Below, in pieces: positions 8,649 through 17,680 of a DNA stretch of 64,000 bases. The stretch lies in contig DASVDX010000022.1 of assembly GCA_036380875.1 (NCBI GenBank), forward strand, positions 15,753 through 79,752, in the 5' to 3' direction. Within the stretch, counting starts at the first letter, position 1. Every line of letters starts with the position of its first letter. Both the position numbers and the translations under genes were made by a program. Origin of the DNA: Acidimicrobiia bacterium. Lineage in GTDB: Bacteria; Actinomycetota; Acidimicrobiia; Spongiisociales; ZC4RG35. The notes below the pieces were generated by a model. The model was given only the letters and a program-made list of their open reading frames with translations, did no database searches and had not been told where the DNA came from.

Positions 8649-9121
8649 CCCCGCAGACGATGAACATCACCCTGGTCGTCAACGGCCAGCACCATTCCCT
8701 CGACGTCGCCGTCCATCACTCGCTGCTCGACGTGCTCCGCAACGACCTGGACCTGACCGGGACGAAGGAGTGCTGTGCCGAAGGCGAGTGCGGCGCCTGC
8801 ACGGTGCGGATGGACGAAAAGGCCGTCAACGCCTGCCTGGTCCTCGCCGTGGAGGCCGACGGAAGAGACATAACCACCATCGAAGGTCTGGCGACTGAAG
8901 ACCATCTGAGCCCGGTGCAGCAGGCCTTCCTCGAGGAGGGGGCGGTCCAATGCGGCTTCTGCATCCCGGGAATGGTCATGTCGGCCGCCTATCTCCTCGA
9001 ACACAACGACGCGCCCACCGAGGAGGAGATCCGCGAAGCCCTCTCCGGCAACCTGTGCCGGTGCGCCGGCTACAAGCGGATCGTGCGGGCGGTGCAGCGG
9101 GCGGCGGAGGCGGGTAGATGA
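8645..9121 (+). CDS. (2Fe-2S)-binding small subunit of xanthine dehydrogenase family enzyme
   Basis: Cys motifs CAEGECGACTV and CGFC...CRCAGY. ATGA overlap upstream. Confidence 0.9.
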   Translation: MTPQTMNITLVVNGQHHSLDVAVHHSLLDVLRNDLDLTGTKECCAEGECGACTVRMDEKAVNACLVLAVEADGRDITTIEGLATEDHLSPVQQAFLEEGAVQCGFCIPGMVMSAAYLLEHNDAPTEEEIREALSGNLCRCAGYKRIVRAVQRAAEAGR

Positions 9122-11379
9122 CGACAGGAAACGTCGGCCGGCCCGCAGGACGCATCGGCGGACTCGACCGGGTCACCGGCCGCCAGCGTTACGTTGCCGA
9201 CCTCCGCCTCGACGACGCCCTCCACGTGAAGCTCGTGACGCTGCCCTGTGCCCGGGCCTGGATCGTGGACATCGACACGTCGAAGGCATGGGAGGTGCCG
9301 GGCGTGCGGACGATCTTCACCGCCGCCGACCTGCCGGACCCCATGCCCCGCTACGGAGTCCACTACGACGACCGTCCCGTCCTGGCGGTGGGCGAGACCA
9401 AGTTCCACGGCGAGCCCGTGGCGGCGGTGGCCGCCGACACCCTCGACGCCGCCCAGCGAGCCGCCGCCCTCGTGCAGGTCCAGTACGAGGAACTGCCCCC
9501 GGTCCTCGATGTGCGGGCTGCCCTCGACCCGGCGGCGCCGCTCGTCGTCGATCCCGTCCTGCGACCCGACGACCCTCTGGCGTCCACCAACATCCGCCGA
9601 GAGTTCCGTTACGCCTGGGGCGACGTCGACACGGCCACCGCGGACCTGGTGATCGAGAACACCTACACGTTCCCGATGGTCACCCATTTCGCCATCGAGC
9701 CGCACGGGTTCGTAGTCGCCGCCGACGAATCAGGCGTGACCGTGTGGAGTTCCATCCAGCACCCCTACATCCTCCAGCGGGTCATGGCCCGGGTCCTCGG
9801 GTTGCCGCTGTCGAGAGTGAGGGTCATCGCCCCCGACCCCGGCGGGGCATTCGGCGGGAAGGGCTACCCGAAATTCGAGCCTCTCCTGGCCTACATGGCC
9901 ATGGCCACCGGCCGCCCCTGCCGCCTCGTGCTCACGCTCGATGAGACGTTCCAGGCGGTGCGCCGCAACAACGCCGAGGTTCGTATACGCACCGGTTTCG
10001 ACTCCGACGGCACGATCCGCTTCCAGGACATCGAAGCCGACTTCCTGATGGGAGCCTACGTCGACATCTCTGCCCGGGTGATCTCGAAGAGCAGCCACCT
10101 CGCTGCCGGTCCCTATCGCGTCCCCAACGCCCGCATCCTCGCCCGGGCACTGCATTCCCACACCCCGCCGAGCACGGCCATGCGCGGCTTCGGCACTCCT
10201 CAGTTCAGCTGGGCCCTCGAGCAGCAGATGGACGAGGCCGCCCGTCGCCTCGACATGGATCGACTGGAGATCCGCCTCCGCAACCTCGCCCGCAAGGGCG
10301 AAGAGTTCATCCCGGGAGACACCCCCGCCGACGGCGACTGGTTCGAGTCGGTCCGGAGAGCTGCCGACGCCATCGGCTGGGGTGAGCCTCTACCCGACGG
10401 CCGGGGGAGAGGGCTGGCCGTCGGCATCAAGTCCTCCGCGACGGCCGGGGCGGCCTACTCCATCCTGCGTTTCCTCTACGACGGGAGCGTGTTCGTGCTC
10501 GTCGGCACGTCCGACATGGGTCAGGGAGCGCGCACCATCCTCACTCAGATCGTCTCCGACGAACTGGGTGTGCCGCCCGAAGCCGTCAACGTCGTCATGG
10601 GCGACACCGCCGCGGCACCCTTCGATTACTCGACATCGGCGAGCCGCTCCACCGTTTTCATGGGCGGGTCGGTGATGCGCGGATGCGCCGAGTTGAAAGA
10701 CCAAGTTCGAGAGATGGCCGCCCGCCTGCGCGGCTGCGAGCCAGAGGAGATCGAGATCGACCGGGGCGTGGTCACGTTCCCCGGCGGCGAGCAGAAGGGG
10801 ATCGTCGAGGTGGTCCAAGAAGGACTAGGCGCCGTCGGCGGCGAACTGATCGCCGTCGGGCTGATGCGGGGGGAGGCGGACCCGAATCACCCGATCGGGG
10901 GAAGGCCGTGGTTCTACGAGTTCAACTGCACGGCGGTCGAACTGGAAGTCGACCGCCGGACGGGCGAGGTTCTCATCCACAAGCATGTCACCGTGGCCGA
11001 CGTCGGAAAGGCCATCAACCCCCAGCACGTGGAGAGCCAGGACGAAGGGGCGGCGATCATGGGATTGGGGCACACGCTCATGGAGCACCTGGTGCTCGAC
11101 GAGCACGGGAGGATCGTGAACCTGGGAGCGCTCGACTATCGGATCCCCACCACCAAGGACATGCCGCTCGACCTCGAGTCGATCATCGTCGAAAACGGCG
11201 ACGGGCCCGGACCTCACGGCGCCAAGGGAGTGGGTGAGGGAGGGCTCTTGTGCGTCGCCGCCGCGGTCGCTTCGGCGGTGACCGACGCGACTGGCGTTGT
11301 GATCCGCGACTTGCCGCTCACCCCCGAGCGGATCTGGCGGGCGATCAACGAGGTCACACGGTCCGAGGTTTCTCCCTGA
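9118..11379 (+). CDS. Molybdopterin-binding large subunit of xanthine dehydrogenase / aldehyde oxidoreductase family enzyme
   Basis: 753 aa with an a/b hammerhead N-terminus, PDPGGAFGGK and AMRGFGTPQ active-site region. ATGA overlap with the FeS subunit. Confidence 0.9.
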   Translation: MTTGNVGRPAGRIGGLDRVTGRQRYVADLRLDDALHVKLVTLPCARAWIVDIDTSKAWEVPGVRTIFTAADLPDPMPRYGVHYDDRPVLAVGETKFHGEPVAAVAADTLDAAQRAAALVQVQYEELPPVLDVRAALDPAAPLVVDPVLRPDDPLASTNIRREFRYAWGDVDTATADLVIENTYTFPMVTHFAIEPHGFVVAADESGVTVWSSIQHPYILQRVMARVLGLPLSRVRVIAPDPGGAFGGKGYPKFEPLLAYMAMATGRPCRLVLTLDETFQAVRRNNAEVRIRTGFDSDGTIRFQDIEADFLMGAYVDISARVISKSSHLAAGPYRVPNARILARALHSHTPPSTAMRGFGTPQFSWALEQQMDEAARRLDMDRLEIRLRNLARKGEEFIPGDTPADGDWFESVRRAADAIGWGEPLPDGRGRGLAVGIKSSATAGAAYSILRFLYDGSVFVLVGTSDMGQGARTILTQIVSDELGVPPEAVNVVMGDTAAAPFDYSTSASRSTVFMGGSVMRGCAELKDQVREMAARLRGCEPEEIEIDRGVVTFPGGEQKGIVEVVQEGLGAVGGELIAVGLMRGEADPNHPIGGRPWFYEFNCTAVELEVDRRTGEVLIHKHVTVADVGKAINPQHVESQDEGAAIMGLGHTLMEHLVLDEHGRIVNLGALDYRIPTTKDMPLDLESIIVENGDGPGPHGAKGVGEGGLLCVAAAVASAVTDATGVVIRDLPLTPERIWRAINEVTRSEVSP

Positions 11380-12277
11380 CCGCCGCCGGCGGCTCGTCCA
11401 ACGGAACCAGCGTTCGCTGACGCTTCTCGAAACGCAGCCGATGGGTGTACCCCGCCTCGCGGGCGGCAGCCACCACCTCGGCATGACCCCAGGCGGCGTC
11501 GGCGGGCACGTGGGCGTCCGAGGCCAGCGTGATCGGAACACCGGCGTCGTGGAACATCTTCAGAAACCTCGGTCCCGGGTAGACCTCGGCAGCGGCCCGG
11601 CTCAGTCCGGCACTCGAGATCTCCACCGCGGTGCCGGTGGCGACGGCACCCTCGACGACCGGCTCGTAGAGGTCGTCGATGGGCCCATCGGGCCGGTAGC
11701 CGTTGCGCTTGATGATGTCGGCGTGAGCCAGCACGTCGACCATGCCGGAGGCGGCGAGCTGGGCCTCGAGGGCGAAGTACTGCTCGTAGACGGTCCGCAC
11801 GCCGCGGCGGGCGAACTCCTCGGCCACCAGGAATCGGTCGAACGACCAGGCGCCGATCCAGTGAACGGAGCCGATCAAGTAGTCCCAGGGGTAGTCGGCC
11901 AGCAGTTCGAGGACGGCTTCTTCGGTCCCGGGCTGGAAATCGACCTCGAGTCCCAGCTTCACGGGCAGCCCCCTGTCCTTGGCGTCGAGGACGACCTCGA
12001 CATATCGGTTGAGGGAGAGATTGCGCTCCTGGCGGATGAGATCGATCGCCCCGGCCCGCAAGTCCGGGTTGGGCTCGGACTCCCACCACTCGCCCAGCAC
12101 CGGCGCCGACTCCACACACCGGTAGAAGTGCTCGGTGAACCCCAACTCGGTGACACCCCTCTCCAGGGCGTGCTCCACGTACCGGTCGATATAGCCGGGC
12201 GGGTACTCGCCCGGCGGGGGAGCGTCCGAGCTGGGCCGATGGGTGTGGGGATGGAGGTGGAGGTGGTAGTCGCTCAT
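11354..12277 (-). CDS. PHP-family phosphatase (histidinol-phosphatase HisK-like)
   Basis: MSDYHLHLHPHTH...GFTEHF...LGLEVD...GSVHWI...ASDAHVP are the PHP-domain metal-binding His/Asp motifs. Confidence 0.8.
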   Translation of the reverse strand: MSDYHLHLHPHTHRPSSDAPPPGEYPPGYIDRYVEHALERGVTELGFTEHFYRCVESAPVLGEWWESEPNPDLRAGAIDLIRQERNLSLNRYVEVVLDAKDRGLPVKLGLEVDFQPGTEEAVLELLADYPWDYLIGSVHWIGAWSFDRFLVAEEFARRGVRTVYEQYFALEAQLAASGMVDVLAHADIIKRNGYRPDGPIDDLYEPVVEGAVATGTAVEISSAGLSRAAAEVYPGPRFLKMFHDAGVPITLASDAHVPADAAWGHAEVVAAAREAGYTHRLRFEKRQRTLVPLDEPPAAVREKPRTV

Positions 12278-12299
12278 CTAGTCGGCGCCGGGGCCCCCA

Positions 12300-13154
12300 T
12301 CACCCCTGTGTGAACTTGTCGTACAGGGAGGCGGCGTTGAGCGTCTGGATGTGGTCCATCATGTACTCCTGGCCGATGTCGACGGGGTAGCGATCCCGGA
12401 AGTGGACCCGCTCGATCGTCTCCTCCCGGCTCCAGCCCTTGGCCACCGCCGCCGCCACGGCTGCCTTCCACTCGAGGAGGACCGAGCGCTGCACCGCCAG
12501 ATAGCTCAGGTCAGTCACCTCCCCGTGCCCGGGCACCAAGTACTCGACATCCAGTTGGCGGATGCGTTCCAGTGCGGCGAGCCACTGGTCGACGTCGGAG
12601 GTCATCAGCCATGTCTGGCAGTCCTTGAACACCGTGTCGCCGGTGAACACCACCCGCTCCTCGGGCACGTAGACGGCCACCTGGCCGGGAGTGTGGCCGG
12701 GGGTGTGGAGCAGTTGGAAGGTGCGGTCGCCGACGTGGAGAGTCAGGTCTCCGGTGAACACGATGTCGCCCTTGTTGGGGTCGGCGTAGTAGGTGTCCCG
12801 GTCGGGGAAGATCGCCTCTCCTTCGGGGTCGTCGGTGGGGATCGCCTCGAGGGCGTAGGCGTAGGGGTCGAGATCGGGCGTCGGGACCATGAAATTGTCG
12901 TAGACCCCCTTGTGGTGGACGACCTGGCCGGCGCCTTTGAAGAAGTAGTTCCCGAAGATGTGGTCGACGTGGTGCTCGGTGTTGATCAGGTAGCGGATCG
13001 GCCCATGGGACTCGGCTTCCTCCCGCATGGCGACAGCCCGGGTCGGCAACTGGGGGGTGTCGATCACGACCACCCCGTCGGAGGTCACCACGTAGCTGGG
13101 GTTGCAGCCACGCAGCGTGGTGTTCGTGTAGACCCGGTCGGTAACTCGTTGCAT
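12300..13154 (-). CDS. MBL-fold metallo-hydrolase
   Basis: HHVDHIFGN and HTPGHTPG motifs. ATG (MQRVTDRV) preceded by an AGGAGA RBS. The long N-terminal extension in the ORF track was rejected as low-complexity. Confidence 0.8.
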   Translation of the reverse strand: MQRVTDRVYTNTTLRGCNPSYVVTSDGVVVIDTPQLPTRAVAMREEAESHGPIRYLINTEHHVDHIFGNYFFKGAGQVVHHKGVYDNFMVPTPDLDPYAYALEAIPTDDPEGEAIFPDRDTYYADPNKGDIVFTGDLTLHVGDRTFQLLHTPGHTPGQVAVYVPEERVVFTGDTVFKDCQTWLMTSDVDQWLAALERIRQLDVEYLVPGHGEVTDLSYLAVQRSVLLEWKAAVAAAVAKGWSREETIERVHFRDRYPVDIGQEYMMDHIQTLNAASLYDKFTQG

Positions 13155-13177
13155 CTTCCGTGGTCTCCTGTCTCGGA

Positions 13178-13963
13178 TCACTGGGTGGCCGTGAGGCCGC
13201 CGTCGATCGTCAATATCTGTCCGGTGATGAACGACGAGGCGTCGGAGCAGAACAACAGGGTGGCTCCGATCAGGTCCTCGGTCACGCCCACCCGCCGGAG
13301 CGGGATCCGGTTCACGAGGCGGGCCTTGAACTCGGGATCGTCGAGGAGCATCGCCACCTGGGGGGTGTCGACGAAGGTGGGCGAGATGGCGTTGACGGTG
13401 ATCCCGTAGCGGGCCCATTCGGTGGCCCATTGCCGGGTGAGGGAGTCGATGGCGCCTTTCGCCGCCACGTAGGCGGAGTAGCCGGCGTCGATTCCCAACT
13501 GGCCGCGGACCGAGGAGATGTTGAGGACGCGGCCACCCCGGCCCCCGTCGATCATCGCCTTGACCGCCGCCTGGGTGGGGAGGATGGTGGAACGGACATT
13601 GAGCTCGAAGATCCAGTCCCAGGCGTCCCGGGGGTACTCGTGGGCTGAATAGAGGACCTTCCCGGCGCCGCCGCCGACTGCGTTGACGATTATGTCCACC
13701 CGCCCGAACTGGTCGAGGGTCTCGTCGATGGCGCGCTGCGCCTCCTCTTCGGACGTCATGTCCCCGACCACCCCGTGGGCGCGGGCGCCATCGGCGACCA
13801 ACGACTTCGTGACCTCCTCGACCGTCTCGGGAGTGCGGCCGATGATCGTCACCGCCGCCCCCGCCTCGGCCAGTCCCGCCGCCAGGGCGGCGCCTATGGC
13901 GCCGTTTCCGCCCGGGACGACCGCCACGCGTCCTGTCAGGTCGAACCTATCCAGGTGCCCCAT
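13178..13963 (-). CDS. SDR-family oxidoreductase
   Basis: GGNGAIGAALA Rossmann motif, NAVG, and the S...Y..AAK catalytic triad region. RBS GGAGGA. Confidence 0.85.
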   Translation of the reverse strand: MGHLDRFDLTGRVAVVPGGNGAIGAALAAGLAEAGAAVTIIGRTPETVEEVTKSLVADGARAHGVVGDMTSEEEAQRAIDETLDQFGRVDIIVNAVGGGAGKVLYSAHEYPRDAWDWIFELNVRSTILPTQAAVKAMIDGGRGGRVLNISSVRGQLGIDAGYSAYVAAKGAIDSLTRQWATEWARYGITVNAISPTFVDTPQVAMLLDDPEFKARLVNRIPLRRVGVTEDLIGATLLFCSDASSFITGQILTIDGGLTATQ

Positions 13964-13977
13964 CGCTCCTCCGTGAG

Positions 13978-14000
13978 AAATGATCGATTATCGAGAATGA
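13978..14000. promoter_or_regulatory. Second copy of the palindrome (ATGATCGATtATCGAGAATGA) 15-37 bp upstream of the SDR/MBL/PHP-phosphatase operon (minus strand)
   Basis: Same TCGATtATCGA core as the 4315-4330 site. Lies just upstream of the GGAGGA RBS of the SDR gene. Confidence 0.55.
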
Positions 14001-14034
14001 CCCTACCCGGCGGATGTCGTGCCGGTCAAGGGAG

Positions 14035-15033
14035 TCAGGTCTCGCCCGTCACCCGGGCGTAGGCGGCGGCGACGAACACGATCATCGCCCCGAAGAGGAT
14101 CTGGCGGAGAGCCTCCGGGTACCCGAGCGAGGTGAGGAGGGAGGAGATCACGGTGAGGATGAGGGCACCGATGATCGTGCCGCCGTATCCGCCTCGGCCA
14201 CCGAGGATCGAGGTGCCGCCGATCACCGCCGCTGCCACCGAGGGGAGGAGGGAGGTGTCGACCAGTGTCACGCTCGCCACGTTGGTGAGCCCGGAGTAGA
14301 GGAACCCGGCGATCCCGGCGAGCACGGCCGAGATGACGTAGAGGACGATCAGCACCTGCCACGCCTTCACTCCGGCCAGGCGGGACGCCACCGGGTTGTC
14401 GCCGATGGCATAGAGGAGGCGCCCGTAACCGGTGCGGTTGAGCGTGATCAGCACCCAGGCGGCGACGGGGATGAAGACCACGAGGCTGTACGGGACGATG
14501 CCCTCGACCATGCCCGCCCCGAGACGGCGGAACAGGTCCGGCACGCCGGCGCCGGTCTGCACCATCTCCAACTGCCACACGTTGGCGAGGCCCAAGACGA
14601 CCAGGCTCATGCCGAGGGTCATGATCAGCGGGTGCACGCGGAACACGCCGACGCCGATGCCGTTGATGAGACCGGCGACGGCCGCCGCCGCCAGCGCAAC
14701 GGCGATCCCCACCCACAGCCCGGGGCCGTTGACCAGCGTCGCCACCACGAACCCGGACATCGAGGCGATGGCCGCCACCGACAGGTCGATGCCGCCGGTG
14801 AGCATCGTCATCGTCTGGCAGGCGGCGAGGATGGCCAGCGGGATGGCCGTCCGCACCATCACGCCCGCCCAGTTGAGGCTGACGATGCCGGGGCGGATGA
14901 TCTCGCTGAGGATCACGAGCAGGACCAGGATCACGAGCAAGGGGATGATCGGCCGCTCGCGGAACACCTTCACCCACGCCGACGGACGGAACCAGGAGGT
15001 GCGGGCTTCAGGAGTCGTTTCGGCGACGGTCAT
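14035..15033 (-). CDS. Sugar ABC transporter permease (CUT2 / RbsC-like)
   Basis: 332-aa polytopic protein with the AIGDNPVASRLAGV signature of ribose/xylose-type permeases. The track ORF was trimmed to the MTVAETTPE start. Confidence 0.8.
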   Translation of the reverse strand: MTVAETTPEARTSWFRPSAWVKVFRERPIIPLLVILVLLVILSEIIRPGIVSLNWAGVMVRTAIPLAILAACQTMTMLTGGIDLSVAAIASMSGFVVATLVNGPGLWVGIAVALAAAAVAGLINGIGVGVFRVHPLIMTLGMSLVVLGLANVWQLEMVQTGAGVPDLFRRLGAGMVEGIVPYSLVVFIPVAAWVLITLNRTGYGRLLYAIGDNPVASRLAGVKAWQVLIVLYVISAVLAGIAGFLYSGLTNVASVTLVDTSLLPSVAAAVIGGTSILGGRGGYGGTIIGALILTVISSLLTSLGYPEALRQILFGAMIVFVAAAYARVTGET

Positions 15034-16034
15034 CGGCGGCTCCTCCGCAACTGGATGAGGCTGCCCACCATGACGACCCCCACCAGGATGAAACCCTGCA
15101 CCACGGTGGCCAGGTTCGTGTTCACGTTGAGGAAGGTCATGATCGTGCGCAGCAGCGAGAGGATCACGACGGCGACGATCGGCCCGAAAACGCCGCCTCG
15201 GCCGCCGCTCAGGCTGACACCGCCGAGCACGACAGCGGCGACGCTCATCAGGGTGTAGGGGCCGGGGACCGGCGTGGCGATGCCGGTGGTGGCGGTGAGG
15301 CTCAGCCCGCCGAAGGCGGAGAACAGGCCGGTGAGCATGTAGGCGAAGATCTTCGTACGGCCCACCGAGATCCCGCTGCGAAACGCCGCCAGTGGCTCGC
15401 TGCCGATGGCGTAGAGGGACAGCCCCAATCGGGACCGCCGGATGGGCAGCCAGATCACGGCGACGATCAGGAGCATGACCACCGCCGCCTTCGGGATCCA
15501 GCTGCTGAGGAGCGGCCCGCTCGTGAGGCTGCGCAGCCATTGAGCGGAGGCGCCCCCCGGCGTTTCCATGACGAGGAGGGCGCATCCGGCCCACACGAAC
15601 AGCATCGCCAGGGTCACGACGATGTCCGGTACCCGGGTGACGACGATGAGCGTCCCGTTGACGGCTCCGAGCAGCAATCCGAGCAGCAGGACACCGAGGA
15701 CGATGCCGATGGCTGCGGTTTCGCTGCGGCCCTCCATCAGGGCGGCGGAGACGACGCTGGTCAGCGCCATCATCGAGCCGACCGAGAGGTCTATGCCTCG
15801 AGCGATGACCACCACCGCCTGGGCCACCGAAGCCAACGCCAGCGGCATCACCGAGATGGCCAGACCCTGGATTCCGGAGGCTCCGAACGTCGGCTGGATC
15901 GCTTTCGTGATCAGAAGGAGCACGGCGAGGATCCCGAGAAGGCTGATCGTCCATCCACTGCGGCGCAGGGCCGACACCAACGACGTCGACCACCCCGCCG
16001 AGGCTCGGGCGGAGGTAGATACGGCGGCGCTCAC
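15030..16034 (-). CDS. Sugar ABC transporter permease (CUT2 / RbsC-like), second permease
   Basis: Hydrophobic 334-aa protein with the AIGSEPLAAFRSGISV signature. 4-bp overlaps with its neighbours. Confidence 0.8.
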   Translation of the reverse strand: MSAAVSTSARASAGWSTSLVSALRRSGWTISLLGILAVLLLITKAIQPTFGASGIQGLAISVMPLALASVAQAVVVIARGIDLSVGSMMALTSVVSAALMEGRSETAAIGIVLGVLLLGLLLGAVNGTLIVVTRVPDIVVTLAMLFVWAGCALLVMETPGGASAQWLRSLTSGPLLSSWIPKAAVVMLLIVAVIWLPIRRSRLGLSLYAIGSEPLAAFRSGISVGRTKIFAYMLTGLFSAFGGLSLTATTGIATPVPGPYTLMSVAAVVLGGVSLSGGRGGVFGPIVAVVILSLLRTIMTFLNVNTNLATVVQGFILVGVVMVGSLIQLRRSRR

Positions 16035-17605
16035 GAGGGTGCCTCCTCTTCCTCGTCGGTCTCAGGGCCCAGCGGCACTGTTGTCGTCTCGCTGACCGCC
16101 TCGGCCATCTCCTTTTCGGTGCCGATGTTGTGGGCCGCCTTGAGGAGCGTCGGCTCGTCGGCGTGCCGGGCGTCCACCTCCCCGACGACCTCGCCACCGA
16201 AGATGACTATGGCGCGGTCGCAGACGAGCGGGATCTCGCTCAGCTCGGACGTATAGAGGAGGATCGCCGCTCCCGAGTCGGCCAGTTCCCGCAGCAGGAC
16301 GTATATCTGGTTCTTCGTTCGGATGTCGATGCCGCGGGTCGGGTCGAAGCACAGCAACGTCTCGACGCCGGAGGCCACCCAGCGGGCGATAGTCACCTTC
16401 TGCTGGTTGCCGCCCGACAGGCGACGGACCTCGCCCTGGGCCCGGGTGTCGATCTGGAGTTTCTCGATGGAGTGGGAGACCGTCTGATGCTCCTTCTTCT
16501 TCCTGATCCAACCCCATCGTGGTAGCCGGCTGGAGAAGGGGAGGGCGATGTTCTCGCGCACGGAGCGCTGCATCAGAAGCGCCTCGGCGCGGTCGGCCGG
16601 GACGAAGACGAGACCGGCCCGGATGGCGTCGGCGGGATGGCGGAACGACACCTGCTGTCCGTTGACGAAGATCTCCCCGGAGTGGGGTCGTTCCCATCCC
16701 GAGAGCACGTCGAACAACTCGTCCTGGCCCTGCCCTTCCAGGGCGACGACGCCCAGGACCTCACCTTCGTAGAGGTCGAAGGACACGTCCTTGAGACGGG
16801 TGTTGAGAGCCAGGTTGCGCACCGACACCCGGGGGGTGTGCTTGCGCTGCTCCGGAGCGACCACATGATGACGTTCGGCGAGAGCCTCCTGCTGGTCGAC
16901 CGCTTCGCCGAGCATCAACTCGACGATGCGCTCGGCCGAGCCCTCGCCCACGTCCACCACTCCCACCGTCTCGCCCTCCCGCAGGACCGTGGCGCGGTCG
17001 CACACCGACCCGATCTCGGTCATGCGGTGGGAGATGAAGATCACGCTGCTCGAGCCGCCCCGCATCCGGTTGAGGACCTCCAGTACCCGCTCGGTGAGGT
17101 TTGCCGGGAGGGCGGCGGTCATCTCGTCCAGCATCAGGACGTCGGGATCGATCGCCAGGGCTCGAGCGAGGTCGATGATGCGCAGTGATGCCAGCGGCAG
17201 GGTGCGGGCCATCGCCGACAGATCTAGGTCGGGCAATCCGAGCTCTTCGAGCCAGTGGCGGAAAGGTTCGATCGGCGTCTCCGTGAGACGCAAGTTGGAG
17301 AAGATGTCGAGGTCGGGGATCAGGGCGGGCTCCTGGTACACGGACACGAGGCCGCCCCGCCGGGCCTCGGCGGGAGAATGAGCGGTCCTCTCTCGTCCCC
17401 GGACCATGATCGTGCCGCCGTCGGGGCGCACCGCTCCGGTCAGGATCTTGACGAGGGTGCTCTTGCCGGCGCCGTTCGCTCCCATCAGCGCGTGGACCTC
17501 GCCCGGGCGGACGGCCAGAGAAGCCGAGCGCAAGGCCACGACGGCGCCGTAGTGCTTGGAGATGTCTTGAGCGTGGAGCAGGTAGTCGGTGGTGGTCGTT
17601 GTCAT
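16031..17605 (-). CDS. Sugar ABC transporter ATP-binding protein with duplicated NBD (RbsA/XylG-like)
   Basis: Two Walker A motifs (GANGAGKST, and the second NBD) plus LSGGNQQK and LSGG signatures. 524 aa. Confidence 0.85.
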   Translation of the reverse strand: MTTTTTDYLLHAQDISKHYGAVVALRSASLAVRPGEVHALMGANGAGKSTLVKILTGAVRPDGGTIMVRGRERTAHSPAEARRGGLVSVYQEPALIPDLDIFSNLRLTETPIEPFRHWLEELGLPDLDLSAMARTLPLASLRIIDLARALAIDPDVLMLDEMTAALPANLTERVLEVLNRMRGGSSSVIFISHRMTEIGSVCDRATVLREGETVGVVDVGEGSAERIVELMLGEAVDQQEALAERHHVVAPEQRKHTPRVSVRNLALNTRLKDVSFDLYEGEVLGVVALEGQGQDELFDVLSGWERPHSGEIFVNGQQVSFRHPADAIRAGLVFVPADRAEALLMQRSVRENIALPFSSRLPRWGWIRKKKEHQTVSHSIEKLQIDTRAQGEVRRLSGGNQQKVTIARWVASGVETLLCFDPTRGIDIRTKNQIYVLLRELADSGAAILLYTSELSEIPLVCDRAIVIFGGEVVGEVDARHADEPTLLKAAHNIGTEKEMAEAVSETTTVPLGPETDEEEEAPS

Positions 17606-17637
17606 CGGGTGGTCGAGGCGATCGTTACGGCTGGGAA

Positions 17638-17665
17638 GAAGGGGCCGCCTCTCGGCGGCCCCTTC
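17638..17665. terminator. GC-rich hairpin (12-bp perfect stem GAAGGGGCCGCC / GGCGGCCCCTTC, 4-nt loop) between the sugar SBP and ATPase genes; an intra-operon attenuator or mRNA-stabilising stem-loop
   Basis: Perfect inverted repeat in the 75-bp gap downstream of the SBP gene. No long U-tract, as expected in high-GC genomes. Confidence 0.5.
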
Positions 17666-17680
17666 CTGTTCGGCGTCTGA

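Noticed and set aside
7809-11379. Carbon-monoxide dehydrogenase (coxMSL) identity for the molybdenum enzyme
   Set aside because: Gene order medium-small-large resembles cox operons, but the large subunit has the AMRGFGTPQ loop typical of xanthine-dehydrogenase/aldehyde-oxidoreductase enzymes rather than the CODH VAYRCSFR/AYRGAGR loop. No coxDEFG accessory genes follow.
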